Source: an uncultured beta proteobacterium (lineage in GTDB: Bacteria > Pseudomonadota > Gammaproteobacteria > Burkholderiales > Casimicrobiaceae). Taken from it: DNA of 64,000 nt. A program made the translations under genes and the position numbers. The stretch is from NCBI GenBank assembly GCA_963734055.1, contig CAVTFQ010000005.1, forward strand, positions 152,940 through 216,939, given 5' to 3'. Positions 8,305-18,041 of this stretch are shown here, piece by piece (the first letter of the stretch is position 1; each line of letters starts with the position of its first letter). The notes under the pieces are model-generated. The model did not search any database. It was given only the letters and a program-made list of their open reading frames with translations, and was not told the DNA's origin.

Positions 8305-10762
8305 GGGCGCGCGACGTGCGCTCGCCGCGGTCCTGCTGGCGATGGCGTTCCCGGGGGCGGCGTCCGCTGCGGCTGACATCGCGCCGAGCCGCGGGGAAGC
8401 TCCGTCGCAGATTGCGCTCGCCGAGGCGATCGCGGTCCTGTCGATTGCGGTCAACGGCGCCTCGGAGCCCGGGGTCGCGTATGTCGTGCTCGACCCGAAG
8501 GGATTGATGGTCGACACCGGGACCCTGACGCGGCTGCAGCTCGCGTGGCGAGATTCCGACGCGGTCCCGCTCGAGGGCCGGGCATACGTGCCGTTGCGCG
8601 CATTGCGCGGCGTGCGCGCCACCGTCGACGACGTGGCGCAGCGGATCGACTTCGACATCGACCCGGATCTTCTCCCGGCTTCACGGGTGCGGTTCGGACT
8701 CCCGCCGCCAGAGCTGCCTCGGAGCCCCGCGTGGGGCGGATTCTTCAACTACTCCGTCTTCGGCCAGAGCGCGACGGGCGGCAATTTCGCCACCAGCTTC
8801 GGCGATTCGATTTCGGGCGCATTCGAGGCGGTCGCCTTCGGGCCGGCGGGCACGCTCGGCGCGACGTTCATCGCCAATTCGGCGTCCGCCGTCGATGCCG
8901 GCGCCGAGAACGTGGTGTTGCTCGACGCCGGCTGGCGTTGGGACGACCCGGCAAAGCTCACGACGCTGATCGTAGGGGATGCGATCACGGCGCCCGGCTG
9001 GTGGGGCCGCGCCGTGCGGTTCGGCGGCGTCCAGTACAGCTCCAATTTCTCGCTGCAGCCCGGATACGTCACCTATCCGCTGCTGACGGTGTCCGGCATT
9101 TCGTCGGTGCCGACCGCGGCCGAGATCTACGCCAACAACATGCGGATGGGAAGCCAGGCCATCCCGCCGGGACCGTTCTCGATCACCAACGTCCCCGCGC
9201 TCACCGGCGCGGGGGAGCTGCAGGTCGTCATCACCAACGCGTTCGGGCAGCAGCAGGTGATCACGCAGCCGTTCTACGTGACGAGCCAGCTCCTGAAGCC
9301 CGGCCTGAGCGAGTTCTCGTTCAGCGCCGGCGCCGAGCGCTTCAATTACGGCTTGAAGACGGGTGACTATCAAGGCTTCGTGGGTTCGGCGTTCTACCGC
9401 TACGGCGTGAACGATCGGTTGACCGTCCAGGCGCGCGCGGAAGGTGACGACCACGTGCGGGGCGCGGGCGTCGGCGCCGACTACGTCGTCGGATACCTCG
9501 GCGTGCTGAGCGCGGGCGTCGCGGCGAGCAGCACGAGCGGCGGCGTCGCGGGCGCGACCGGATCGGGACAGCGCTATCTGGTCGGCTTCAGCCGCCAGGC
9601 GTACCTCGCGAGCTTCGCGATCCAGTCGACGTGGGCGACTCCCCGGTACCGCGAGATCGGCGACACGACACTCCAGGAATCACAGCTCACGCGCGCGACG
9701 TTCAACTTCGCGCTGCCCGGCCAGGCCGGCTCGCTCGCCTTGGCCTGGAGCGGACAGCGCTTTCGCGACACGGCGCCGCCGGACCCGGTCGGCGTCTCGC
9801 GCAGCGGCTCGCTCAACATCTACACGGCGACGTACGCCGTGGGGCTCGGCCGCTTCGGCTATCTCACGCTTTCCGCGTCGAAGGCGCAGGGACTCTCGAA
9901 CCAGTCGCAGCTGCTCGCGCTCTACACGCTGCCGTTCGGAACGACGAGCACCGGCCCTGCCGACACGACGATCACGCTCGGCGCGGAGCGGACCCACGGC
10001 GACGGTCAGTCGAACACCTACGGGACGTTCGACCTGCAGCATCCGCTTCCGGTCGGCACCGGATGGGGCTACTACGCGCATGCGCAGACGGACGACAACT
10101 ACACGGCCGGCGTCTCCTACTACGGCAATCACGCCCGATACGCGGCCGACGCCTCCTATGCCAACGGCGTGAGCGCCGTACGCGGCGCGATCGCCGGCGG
10201 CATCGGCACGGTCGGCGGCCACGCGTTCCTCGCTCCCCCGATCGACCAGAGCTTCGCGCTCGTGACGGTCGGCGACATCGCCGGGGCGCGCGTGCTGCAG
10301 GAGAACAACGACGTCGGCCGCACCGGTGCCGACGGCACGCTGATGCTTCCGCGACTGCCGTCGTACACTCCGGTGAACATCGCGATCGATCCGGCCACCG
10401 TCCCGCTCGACGCGACCGTCGGGCAGACCGTGCAGAGGGTGGTACTGCTGAATCGGACGGGCGTCGTCGTCAGCTTCGATTCGCGCCGCGAACGCAGTGC
10501 GCTCTTGCGCCTCGTGCTGCCCGACGGGACGCCGCTGCCGGCGGGCGCGGTCGCGCGCGTCGCGGGCAGGGCCGAACCGTATCCGGTCGCGATGGGGGGC
10601 GAGGTCTATCTCGCCAACCTGTCGGATCGCCAGGACGTCGAGATCACCTATCGCGGCCGGACGTGCCGCGTTGCCGTCGAACTGCCGAAGGATGCGGCGC
10701 CCGTTGCCGATCTCGGTCCGTTCGTCTGCGCGCTGCACGCAGCCGCCGGAGAACAACCATGA
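8261..10762 (+). CDS. fimbrial outer-membrane usher (CsuD-like)
   Basis: 833 aa with a signal peptide ...AMAFPGAASA, sitting between the chaperone and a further SCPU subunit. Overlaps the chaperone 3' end. Size and position are typical of ushers. Confidence 0.7.
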   Translation: MAAASTSPCPRPVPEGARRALAAVLLAMAFPGAASAAADIAPSRGEAPSQIALAEAIAVLSIAVNGASEPGVAYVVLDPKGLMVDTGTLTRLQLAWRDSDAVPLEGRAYVPLRALRGVRATVDDVAQRIDFDIDPDLLPASRVRFGLPPPELPRSPAWGGFFNYSVFGQSATGGNFATSFGDSISGAFEAVAFGPAGTLGATFIANSASAVDAGAENVVLLDAGWRWDDPAKLTTLIVGDAITAPGWWGRAVRFGGVQYSSNFSLQPGYVTYPLLTVSGISSVPTAAEIYANNMRMGSQAIPPGPFSITNVPALTGAGELQVVITNAFGQQQVITQPFYVTSQLLKPGLSEFSFSAGAERFNYGLKTGDYQGFVGSAFYRYGVNDRLTVQARAEGDDHVRGAGVGADYVVGYLGVLSAGVAASSTSGGVAGATGSGQRYLVGFSRQAYLASFAIQSTWATPRYREIGDTTLQESQLTRATFNFALPGQAGSLALAWSGQRFRDTAPPDPVGVSRSGSLNIYTATYAVGLGRFGYLTLSASKAQGLSNQSQLLALYTLPFGTTSTGPADTTITLGAERTHGDGQSNTYGTFDLQHPLPVGTGWGYYAHAQTDDNYTAGVSYYGNHARYAADASYANGVSAVRGAIAGGIGTVGGHAFLAPPIDQSFALVTVGDIAGARVLQENNDVGRTGADGTLMLPRLPSYTPVNIAIDPATVPLDATVGQTVQRVVLLNRTGVVVSFDSRRERSALLRLVLPDGTPLPAGAVARVAGRAEPYPVAMGGEVYLANLSDRQDVEITYRGRTCRVAVELPKDAAPVADLGPFVCALHAAAGEQP

Positions 10763-11271
10763 CCCTGCCGGTCGCGCGCCGCGCGCGAAGGCTGCTTGCC
10801 AGCGTTCTCGTCTCGTGGGCCGCGTCCGCCGGCGCAGCCCACACGTGCACCGTCGGCGTCGGCAACCTGACCTTCGGCACGTATACCGGAGCGCAGACGA
10901 CCTCGTCGTCGACCATGACCGTGACCTGCACGATGACGAGCAACGGCTCCGACACGGTGAACTTCACCGCCACGCTGTCGACGGGGTCCGGCAGCTACAC
11001 GCAGCGCCAATTGACCAACGTCGGCTCGCCCGCCGACACGCTGCCGTACAACCTGTACCTGGACACCGTTCCCGCGATCCTCAACACGAACGTCTGGGGC
11101 GACGGCTCGGGCGGGACCGTCGTGGCGACCGGCTCGATGAAGATCCAGTGGGTCATCCGCCCGACCGATTCGGTCTCCTTCACGGTCGCGGGTGCGATCC
11201 CCGCGCTCGGCGTGCTGCCGCCCGGGGGAGCCTACCAGGACCTCATTGCCGGAACGGTCACCTACAATTGA
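10759..11271 (+). CDS. SCPU-domain fimbrial subunit (distal or tip-type)
   Basis: ATGA overlap with the usher stop. Signal peptide ...WAASAGAA, then CTVGVGNLTFGTY and a C-terminal ...GTVTYN. Confidence 0.75.
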   Translation: MTLPVARRARRLLASVLVSWAASAGAAHTCTVGVGNLTFGTYTGAQTTSSSTMTVTCTMTSNGSDTVNFTATLSTGSGSYTQRQLTNVGSPADTLPYNLYLDTVPAILNTNVWGDGSGGTVVATGSMKIQWVIRPTDSVSFTVAGAIPALGVLPPGGAYQDLIAGTVTYN

Positions 11272-11316
11272 GCGCGGCAGCGGTGTCCCGCTCCTCACGA
11301 ATCGTCTCGGCCGCGT

Positions 11317-12519
11317 TCACCACGACGGCTCGCGCTCGGGCGTCGCCGTGATCTTGTGAATCGTCAGGTCGGCGCCATTGAACTCTTCCTCGGGATCGAG
11401 GCGCAATCCCGTCACGGCCTTCAGGCCGCCATAGACGATCGCGGCGCCCGTCACGGCGACGAGCAGTCCGAGCAGGGTGCCGGCGACCTGAGCGCCGAAC
11501 GCGACGCCGCCCATGCCTCCCAGCGCTGACGCACCGAAGATCCCGGCGGCGATCCCGCCCCACGCGCCGCAGACACCGTGCAGCGGCCACACGCCGAGCA
11601 CGTCGTCGATGCGCCAGCGGTTCTGCGTCAGCGTAAACATCATCACGAACAGGGCGCCCGCGACGGCCCCCGTGGCGAGCGCGCCGAGCGGATGCATGAC
11701 GTCGGAGCCGGCGCAAATCGCGACCAGCCCGGCGAGCGGCCCGTTGTGGACGAACCCGGGATCGTTGCGGCCGGCGACGAGCGCCGCGATCGTTCCGCCG
11801 GCCATCGCGAGCAGCGAGTTGACGGCGACGAGCCCCGAAATCTTGTCGATCGTCTGCGCGCTCATCACGTTGAAGCCGAACCAGCCGACTGACAGGGCCC
11901 ACGCGCCCAAGGCGAGGAACGGAATCGACGACGGCGGGTGCGCGGCGAGCCCGCCCTCCTTCGTGTAGCGGCCGCGCCGGGCGCCGAGGAGCAGTACGGC
12001 CACGAGCCCGATCCAGCCGCCGACCGCGTGGACGACGACGCTGCCCGCGAAATCGTGGAACTCCGCGCCAAACGCGCTCTTGAGCCATCCCTGCACGCCG
12101 AAGTGTCCGTTCCACGCGATCCCCTCGAAGAACGGGTAGACGAATCCGACGAGGAGGAAAGTCGCCGCAAGCTGCGGATTGAATCGGGCGCGCTCGGCGA
12201 TGCCGCCGGAAACGATGGCCGGGATCGCCGCCGCAAACGTGAGCAGGAAGAAGAAGCGGACGAGCTCGTAGCCGTTCCTCTGCGCGAGCGCGGGGGCACC
12301 GGCGAAGAAGCTCGTTCCGTACGCGAGCGCGTAGCCGATGAAGAAGTAGGCGACCGTCGAGACCGCGAAATCGGCGAGAATCTTCACCAGCGCGTTGACC
12401 TGGTTCTTCTTGCGCACGGTGCCAAGCTCGAGGAACGCAAATCCGGCGTGCATCGCGAGCACCATCACGGCGCCCAGCAGGATGAACAGCGTGTCGCTCG
12501 CGGCTTTCAGGTTCTCCAT
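11317..12519 (-). CDS. amtB: ammonium transporter (Amt family)
   Basis: 400 aa; MHAGFAFLELGTVRKKN, HAVGGWIGLVAVLLLGAR and VWPLHGVCGAWGGIA. Confidence 0.9.
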   Translation of the reverse strand: MENLKAASDTLFILLGAVMVLAMHAGFAFLELGTVRKKNQVNALVKILADFAVSTVAYFFIGYALAYGTSFFAGAPALAQRNGYELVRFFFLLTFAAAIPAIVSGGIAERARFNPQLAATFLLVGFVYPFFEGIAWNGHFGVQGWLKSAFGAEFHDFAGSVVVHAVGGWIGLVAVLLLGARRGRYTKEGGLAAHPPSSIPFLALGAWALSVGWFGFNVMSAQTIDKISGLVAVNSLLAMAGGTIAALVAGRNDPGFVHNGPLAGLVAICAGSDVMHPLGALATGAVAGALFVMMFTLTQNRWRIDDVLGVWPLHGVCGAWGGIAAGIFGASALGGMGGVAFGAQVAGTLLGLLVAVTGAAIVYGGLKAVTGLRLDPEEEFNGADLTIHKITATPEREPSW

Positions 12520-12615
12520 GGAGTCTCCCTTGCCGTGGCGGGCATGCGGAAGTCGCGGCCCGACCTCGGTGTCTCGTACGTGATCAGGGGCCCGTCGGAG
12601 AGTGCCGCCGCACCA

Positions 12616-14319
12616 TCAGCGCGGGGGCTCGGCCGGCGCGGCGTACCACTTCGCCTTCGGCACGACCTTCTCGCGAGCCGGGTCGCCGAAGTAATGCGGC
12701 GACATGATCTGCACGCCGTGCTCGTTGAACACGTCCACCACGTTCGCGTGAAGCGCGGACAGCACCTCGGCGCGCGGCCGCGGGTCGCTCGGGATCGCCT
12801 GGCATACGAGTCGGTATTCGATGTAGAAATCCGAGAGCGCCGTCTGGAACACGCGCGGCGCGGGGTCGGCGAGCACCCCCTCCGTCCGCTGCGCCGCCTC
12901 GACCAGCATGGCGTGCACCTGGCGCCACGGCGCGTCGTATCCGATCGTCACCGAGGTGTCGAGCACGAAGCCCGCGCCCTTGACTGCGCGCGAGTAGTTC
13001 CGGGTCACCGCCGCGAGGATGAACGAGTTGGGCAGCGTCAGTTCCTCGCCGAGGCCGGTGCGTATGCGCGAGGTGAACATCCCCATCTCGACGACGGTGC
13101 CCTCGTGGTCGCCGATGCGGATGTACTCGCCGGGACGGAAGGTCCTCGTGTACATGAGGATGAGCCCGCTCGCCGCCTGGCCGACGATGCCCGACGCCCC
13201 GACCGACACCATGAGGCCGATCAGCACCGAGAGCCCCTTGAACGCGTCGGTGTCCGAGCCCGGGATGTACGGATACGCCATCACGAGCGCGAACACCCAG
13301 ACGGCCATCGTCACGAGCCGGCGCGTCGGCCGCGCCGAATCGGCGTCGATCCAGTCCACCTGCACCTGCCCCGACTGGACCCCGTCGAAGAATCGCCTGA
13401 GGATGCCGATGACGCTGCGGGCGATGATGAAGACTACGGCCACGATGACGAGGTCCGGAATGGCCGAGGCGGTCGCGACGAGAGCGCCGGTCACGCTTTC
13501 GATCAGGTACGTGTTGAGCTGCTCGCCCCAGGGACGGGTGAACGGAAAGAGGCTCAGGAGGAAGCCTATCCACTCGTAGGTGACGAGCAGCACGAAGCCC
13601 CAGTACCCGGCGCGGAGCAGGGAGCGGACAACGCGGATCGTGCGCTCGCGGTGCAGGAGCTCGGCGCCACCGATCCGGACGTGCTCGGCCGTGTTCTCGG
13701 CGACTCGCACCATCCGGCTCGTGACGACCCGCGCGATCAGCGCGAGCAGCCAGAGGGCCGCCGCATAGACGAGCGTGGCACCCCCGGCCCACATCCCCGC
13801 CCGGATCATCCGCTCGCCGCTGCGCGCTTCGCGGGTTTCGTCAACCGCCAGCTCGAGCGCCTTCGCGGCGTCGCGCACGACCGCTTCCGGGGTCTGATCG
13901 AGCAGCGGGTCGGCGTCGCCTTCGGTGACGATGAAGGCAAGCGCGCCGTCGATCTTGACCACGCTGCCTTGGGGAATGGGCTCGACCGTGACCTTCCCCT
14001 CGCCGCCCCGGTCGAGCAGTCCGCCGATTCTCTCGCGCGCCGCGGCCGCGCGCTGTGCCGGCGTCGCGCCCAGGAAGCTCGCCCGGAACGTGATGACCGG
14101 CCGGTTGAAGACGACGAGCGTGCCCGGCTGGACGTGCGACGCCGGGTGAAGGGGTCGGGCCGGGTCCTTGGCCGACTCGCTCTTCGCCGTGAGGGCGGCC
14201 GGAGCCGGCGCAGGGTCGGCGGCGCTCGCGGCGCCGGCGATCAGCGCAACGAGGAGGATCGCCGTGGCGCACGCCGCGCGTGCGCGCGCGCCCGTGGCGT
14301 GGATCCGCGTCGCTCCCAT
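12616..14319 (-). CDS. mechanosensitive ion channel (MscS family) with a large N-terminal periplasmic region
   Basis: 567 aa with a signal peptide and multiple TM segments. The MscS beta-domain motif is IRIGDHEGTVVEMGMFTSRIRT. Confidence 0.75.
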   Translation of the reverse strand: MGATRIHATGARARAACATAILLVALIAGAASAADPAPAPAALTAKSESAKDPARPLHPASHVQPGTLVVFNRPVITFRASFLGATPAQRAAAARERIGGLLDRGGEGKVTVEPIPQGSVVKIDGALAFIVTEGDADPLLDQTPEAVVRDAAKALELAVDETREARSGERMIRAGMWAGGATLVYAAALWLLALIARVVTSRMVRVAENTAEHVRIGGAELLHRERTIRVVRSLLRAGYWGFVLLVTYEWIGFLLSLFPFTRPWGEQLNTYLIESVTGALVATASAIPDLVIVAVVFIIARSVIGILRRFFDGVQSGQVQVDWIDADSARPTRRLVTMAVWVFALVMAYPYIPGSDTDAFKGLSVLIGLMVSVGASGIVGQAASGLILMYTRTFRPGEYIRIGDHEGTVVEMGMFTSRIRTGLGEELTLPNSFILAAVTRNYSRAVKGAGFVLDTSVTIGYDAPWRQVHAMLVEAAQRTEGVLADPAPRVFQTALSDFYIEYRLVCQAIPSDPRPRAEVLSALHANVVDVFNEHGVQIMSPHYFGDPAREKVVPKAKWYAAPAEPPR

Positions 14320-14362
14320 CTCGATCGCCGGGCGGCGTCTTGCGGCCGCGCTTCGGCGGGTG

Positions 14363-14680
14363 TCAGGCCGGGTGCTTCGCGAACACCTGCGCGAGCTCGC
14401 CCGCCTGGTACATCTCGCGGAGGATGTCGCAGCCGCCGACGAACTCGCCGTTCACGTAGAGCTGCGGAATCGTCGGCCAGTTCGCGTAGTCCTTGATGCC
14501 CTGCCGGACCTCGGGATCCGCGAGGACGTCGACCGCGAGGTAGTCGGTGACGCCACTGCGCTTCAGGATCTCGACGACCGTCGCGGAAAATCCACACTGC
14601 GGGAATTGCGGCGTGCCTTTCATGTAAAGCACGACGTGGTTCGACTTGACCTGGTCGCGGATCGTGTCCTGGATGCTCAT
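14363..14680 (-). CDS. grxD: monothiol glutaredoxin (Grx4 family)
   Basis: 105 aa with the CGFS active site ([17 protein letters not shown]). Confidence 0.9.
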   Translation of the reverse strand: MSIQDTIRDQVKSNHVVLYMKGTPQFPQCGFSATVVEILKRSGVTDYLAVDVLADPEVRQGIKDYANWPTIPQLYVNGEFVGGCDILREMYQAGELAQVFAKHPA

Positions 14681-14739
14681 TGCGTGCTCCGTGGGGAGTG
14701 CCCAGGCCGGAGTTTACCGCACCCGGCAGCAGGTCGTCC

Positions 14740-15615
14740 CTACTCCTTCACCGCGCCGGTCAGGCCGGACACGTAGTACTCGACGAAGAACGAATAGAGG
14801 ACGGCGACCGGGACCGAGCCGAGCAGCGCGCCGGCCATGAGCGAGCCCCAGTGGTACACGTCGCCCTCGACGAGCTCGGTGACGACGGCGACCGGCACGG
14901 TCTTCACTTCGGAAGACGAGATGAAGGTAAGGGCATAGATGAACTCGTTCCAGGACAGCGTGAACGCGAAGATGCCGGCCGAAATCAGTCCCGGTACGGC
15001 GAGCGGCAGCACGATCTTCACGAGGATCTGCAACCTCGACGCGCCGTCGATCAGCGCGCACTCCTCGAGCTCGTAGGGGATCGACTTGAAGTAACCCATC
15101 AGGAGCCACGTGGCGAACGGCACGAGGAACGTCGGATACGTGAGAATCAGCGCGAGCCTCGTGTCGAACAGGTGGAGCTTGTAGACGATGGTTGCGAGCG
15201 GGATGAACAGGATCGACGGCGGCACGAGATAGGCGAGGAAGATGCTCATTCCCACGTAACGCGCTCCGCGATAGCGCAACCGCTCGATCGCGTAGGCCGC
15301 GAGGACCGCGGCGATGAGCGAGAGGAACGTCGAAACCACCGCGACCAGCATCGTGTTCCACAGCCAGTCGGGGTACGACGTCTCGAACAGCAGCTTCTTC
15401 ACGTGGGCGAGCGTCGGGTTCCTGACCCAGAACGGATTGCCCTCGCGCGAGAGCAGCTCCTCGTCCGGCTTGAACGCGGTGACCGCCATCCAGTAGAAGG
15501 GAAACAGCAGCACGAGCAGGAACGCGCCCAGCGGCGCATAGATCGTGACGAGCCGGCGCGGCAGCGATACGAGGTACGCCGTTCCCTGCGTGTCGACCTG
15601 CTCGCCCGCCTTCAT
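14740..15615 (-). CDS. carbohydrate-type ABC transporter permease (MalG/UgpE-like)
   Basis: 291 aa with EAA loop ELEECALIDGASRLQILVKIVLP. ATGA overlap with the upstream permease. The ORF-track ORF 14740..16407 is an over-extension. Confidence 0.85.
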   Translation of the reverse strand: MKAGEQVDTQGTAYLVSLPRRLVTIYAPLGAFLLVLLFPFYWMAVTAFKPDEELLSREGNPFWVRNPTLAHVKKLLFETSYPDWLWNTMLVAVVSTFLSLIAAVLAAYAIERLRYRGARYVGMSIFLAYLVPPSILFIPLATIVYKLHLFDTRLALILTYPTFLVPFATWLLMGYFKSIPYELEECALIDGASRLQILVKIVLPLAVPGLISAGIFAFTLSWNEFIYALTFISSSEVKTVPVAVVTELVEGDVYHWGSLMAGALLGSVPVAVLYSFFVEYYVSGLTGAVKE

Positions 15616-16538
15616 CGGTCCGCGCCTCCCTGCTGCCAGGCGCGCCGCTGCAGCCCGAAGTACGAGACGAGGATCGCCGCGAGCAGGAACGGCACCATCG
15701 CGGTCGCGATTGCAGCGCCCTCCCCCAGATTGCCGCCCGGAATCGCCCGCTGGAAGGAGAGCGTCGCCATCAGGTGCGTCGCGTTGAGCGGGCCGCCGCG
15801 GGTGAGCACGTAGATGAGCTGGAAGTCGGTGAAGGTCATCAGCACGGAGAACGTCATCACCACGGCGATGATCGGCGTCAGCAGCGGCAATGTCACGTAG
15901 CGGAACTGCTGCCAGCTCGAGGCGCCGTCGAGACTCGCGGCCTCGTAATACGACGGCGAGATCGTCTGCAGACCCGCGAGCAGCGTGATCGCGACGAAGG
16001 GAACGCCGCGCCAGATGTTGGCCGCGATCGTCGCGAAGCGGGCGTGCCAGGGCTCGCCCAGGAAATCGATGTATTCGTGAATGAGCCCCAGTCTCACGAG
16101 CGCCCAGCTCAGGATCGAGAACTGGCTGTCGTAGATCCACCAGAACGCGATCGCGGAGAGGGCGGTCGGCACGATGAACGGCAGGAGCACGATTGCCCGG
16201 AAGAACGCCTTCCACGGCAGGTGCTTGTTCAGGAGCAGCGCGAGCCAGAGTCCCAGTCCGAACTTGATGACGCTCGCGACGACCGTGTAGAAGATCGTGT
16301 TGAAGAGCACGAGGCGCGTGACGTCGTCGCCCCAGAGGAAGCGGAAATTGTCGAGGCCGATCCACTCGCCGACGCGCCCGATCTTGGTGTCGGTGAAGCC
16401 GAGCCACGTCCCGAGCCCGAGCGGGTAGGTCAGGAAGAGCAGCAGCAGCGCGACGGCCGGCACCATGAAGAGGGCGCCCAGCACGTTCCGGTTGTCGAGT
16501 GCGCGGGCGAGCGCGCCTTGGCGATGCGCCATCCGCAT
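15612..16538 (-). CDS. carbohydrate-type ABC transporter permease (MalF/UgpA-like)
   Basis: EAA loop YYEAASLDGASSWQQFRYVTLP. Start is at ATG 16538 or 16532. Confidence 0.85.
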   Translation of the reverse strand: MRMAHRQGALARALDNRNVLGALFMVPAVALLLLFLTYPLGLGTWLGFTDTKIGRVGEWIGLDNFRFLWGDDVTRLVLFNTIFYTVVASVIKFGLGLWLALLLNKHLPWKAFFRAIVLLPFIVPTALSAIAFWWIYDSQFSILSWALVRLGLIHEYIDFLGEPWHARFATIAANIWRGVPFVAITLLAGLQTISPSYYEAASLDGASSWQQFRYVTLPLLTPIIAVVMTFSVLMTFTDFQLIYVLTRGGPLNATHLMATLSFQRAIPGGNLGEGAAIATAMVPFLLAAILVSYFGLQRRAWQQGGADR

Positions 16539-16662
16539 CTCTATCCGTTGATGCGGCAGTGTCCGGCCGCGCAGGTCATGGCGGCACACGAAAACCGCGC
16601 GTTAAGCGGCGGCGCCGCCGCCGCTTCAACGCGTGGAGGTAGGGCGTCGGCAAACGCCGACG

Positions 16663-17985
16663 TCATACCTTGTAATAGCGCTCGGCCCGCTTCTGCGCCC
16701 GCTCCGCCGCCTCCTTCGGCGTCTTCGACCCCGAGGCCGCCTCGGCCACCATGTTGACGACGATGAAATCCGCGAGCGCGCCTGCCGATGCGTAACCCAT
16801 CTTGCCCGCGTATCCGGACGGAATCATGTTGACCATCGAGTTGCGGTAGGGCGTGTGCTTCGGATCGGACGTCCAGATCGGGTTCTTTTCGTAATAACGC
16901 AGCGCCGGCGTGACGTAGCCGATCGACGCCTCCACCCACGGGTTCATCTGCTCGGGCTCCATCATGAAGCGCAGGAACTCCTTGGCCGCCTTCGGGTACT
17001 TCGTGTACTTGAAGATCATCTGGTTGAAGAACAGCTGGAACTCGGTCGGCCGTCCCACGGGACCGATCGGCATGTTGGCGTGGTTGATGTCGGCCGCCAT
17101 CTCCTTGATCTTCGGGTCGGTGGAGTTCTTCGCCGCGTAGTAGATCGAGATGCCGTTGTTCGTCAGGAACAGCTGGCCGTCGAGGAATGCCTTGTTGTTG
17201 TTGGGGTCGAGCCACGAGAGCGTGCCGGGCACGAACGTCCCGTAGAGCTCCTTCGCGTATTCGAGCGCTTTCAATGTCTCGGGGCTGTCGATGACGACCT
17301 GGTTCTTCTCGTTGACGAGCTTGCCGCCGAACGACCAGACGAGCCACTGGCACCACGTATTGCCGTCGCCGGTCGCGTTGCCGAGCGCAAAGCCCGGCGG
17401 CGTCCCTTTTTCCTTGAGCGCCTTGCACAACTTGAGGAAGCCGTCGGTGTCCTTGGGAAACGCGTCGAACCCGGCGGCCTTGACGGCGCTCTCGCGGTAG
17501 ACCATGCAGACGCCGGCGACGCCGAGAGGCACCCCGATCCATTTCTTCCCGTCCGGCTTGAGATACGGATCGCAGACCGGATACCAGCCACCGAGCTTGG
17601 CGCCGAGATAATTGCAGACGTCGGTGACGTCGACGAGCTTCTCCGGGTACAGGTTGGCATCGTCGTTGGTCGACAGGATGATGTCGGGCCCGGCACCCGT
17701 GTTCGCCGCCACCGCCGCCTTCGGCCGCACGTCCTCCCAGCCTTCGTTGTCGACGCGTACCTCGATTCCGTACTTGTCCTGGAACGCCTTGACATTGACC
17801 ATGTAGCGGTCGATGTCGCCCTGGACAAAGCGGCTCCAGCGCAGCACGCGCAGCTTCGCGCCCTTCTCGGGCGTGTTGCTCCACTGCGCGTTCGCATTCT
17901 TGATCCAGATGAACGGACCGACCGCGGCACCGGCGGCAACCGCCGCCGTCGATTGCAGGAACTTCCGACGCTTGAACGTGCTCAT
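16663..17985 (-). CDS. ABC transporter extracellular solute-binding protein (family 1) with a Tat-type signal
   Basis: MSTFKRRKFLQSTAAVAAGAAVG..., 440 aa. The start is preceded by GGAGGAGGAG. Confidence 0.85.
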   Translation of the reverse strand: MSTFKRRKFLQSTAAVAAGAAVGPFIWIKNANAQWSNTPEKGAKLRVLRWSRFVQGDIDRYMVNVKAFQDKYGIEVRVDNEGWEDVRPKAAVAANTGAGPDIILSTNDDANLYPEKLVDVTDVCNYLGAKLGGWYPVCDPYLKPDGKKWIGVPLGVAGVCMVYRESAVKAAGFDAFPKDTDGFLKLCKALKEKGTPPGFALGNATGDGNTWCQWLVWSFGGKLVNEKNQVVIDSPETLKALEYAKELYGTFVPGTLSWLDPNNNKAFLDGQLFLTNNGISIYYAAKNSTDPKIKEMAADINHANMPIGPVGRPTEFQLFFNQMIFKYTKYPKAAKEFLRFMMEPEQMNPWVEASIGYVTPALRYYEKNPIWTSDPKHTPYRNSMVNMIPSGYAGKMGYASAGALADFIVVNMVAEAASGSKTPKEAAERAQKRAERYYKV

Positions 17986-18041
17986 GCTCTCCTCCTCCGG
18001 TGGTGGGCCTCGTTCGCTTGCCGTGCCCGATTGGACTCTGG

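Noticed and set aside
12520-12615. A sigma-54 (-24/-12) promoter or a glnK gene upstream of amtB.
   Set aside because: Only a CGGCAC-like -24 half (complement of 12602-12607) is present, without a correctly spaced GC at -12. No PII-like ORF is present.
11938-14496. An 852-aa plus-strand ORF spanning amtB and the MscS gene in antisense.
   Set aside because: It has a highly charged, Arg/Asp/Glu-rich composition and no recognisable domain. It lies antisense to two genes with strong family signatures.
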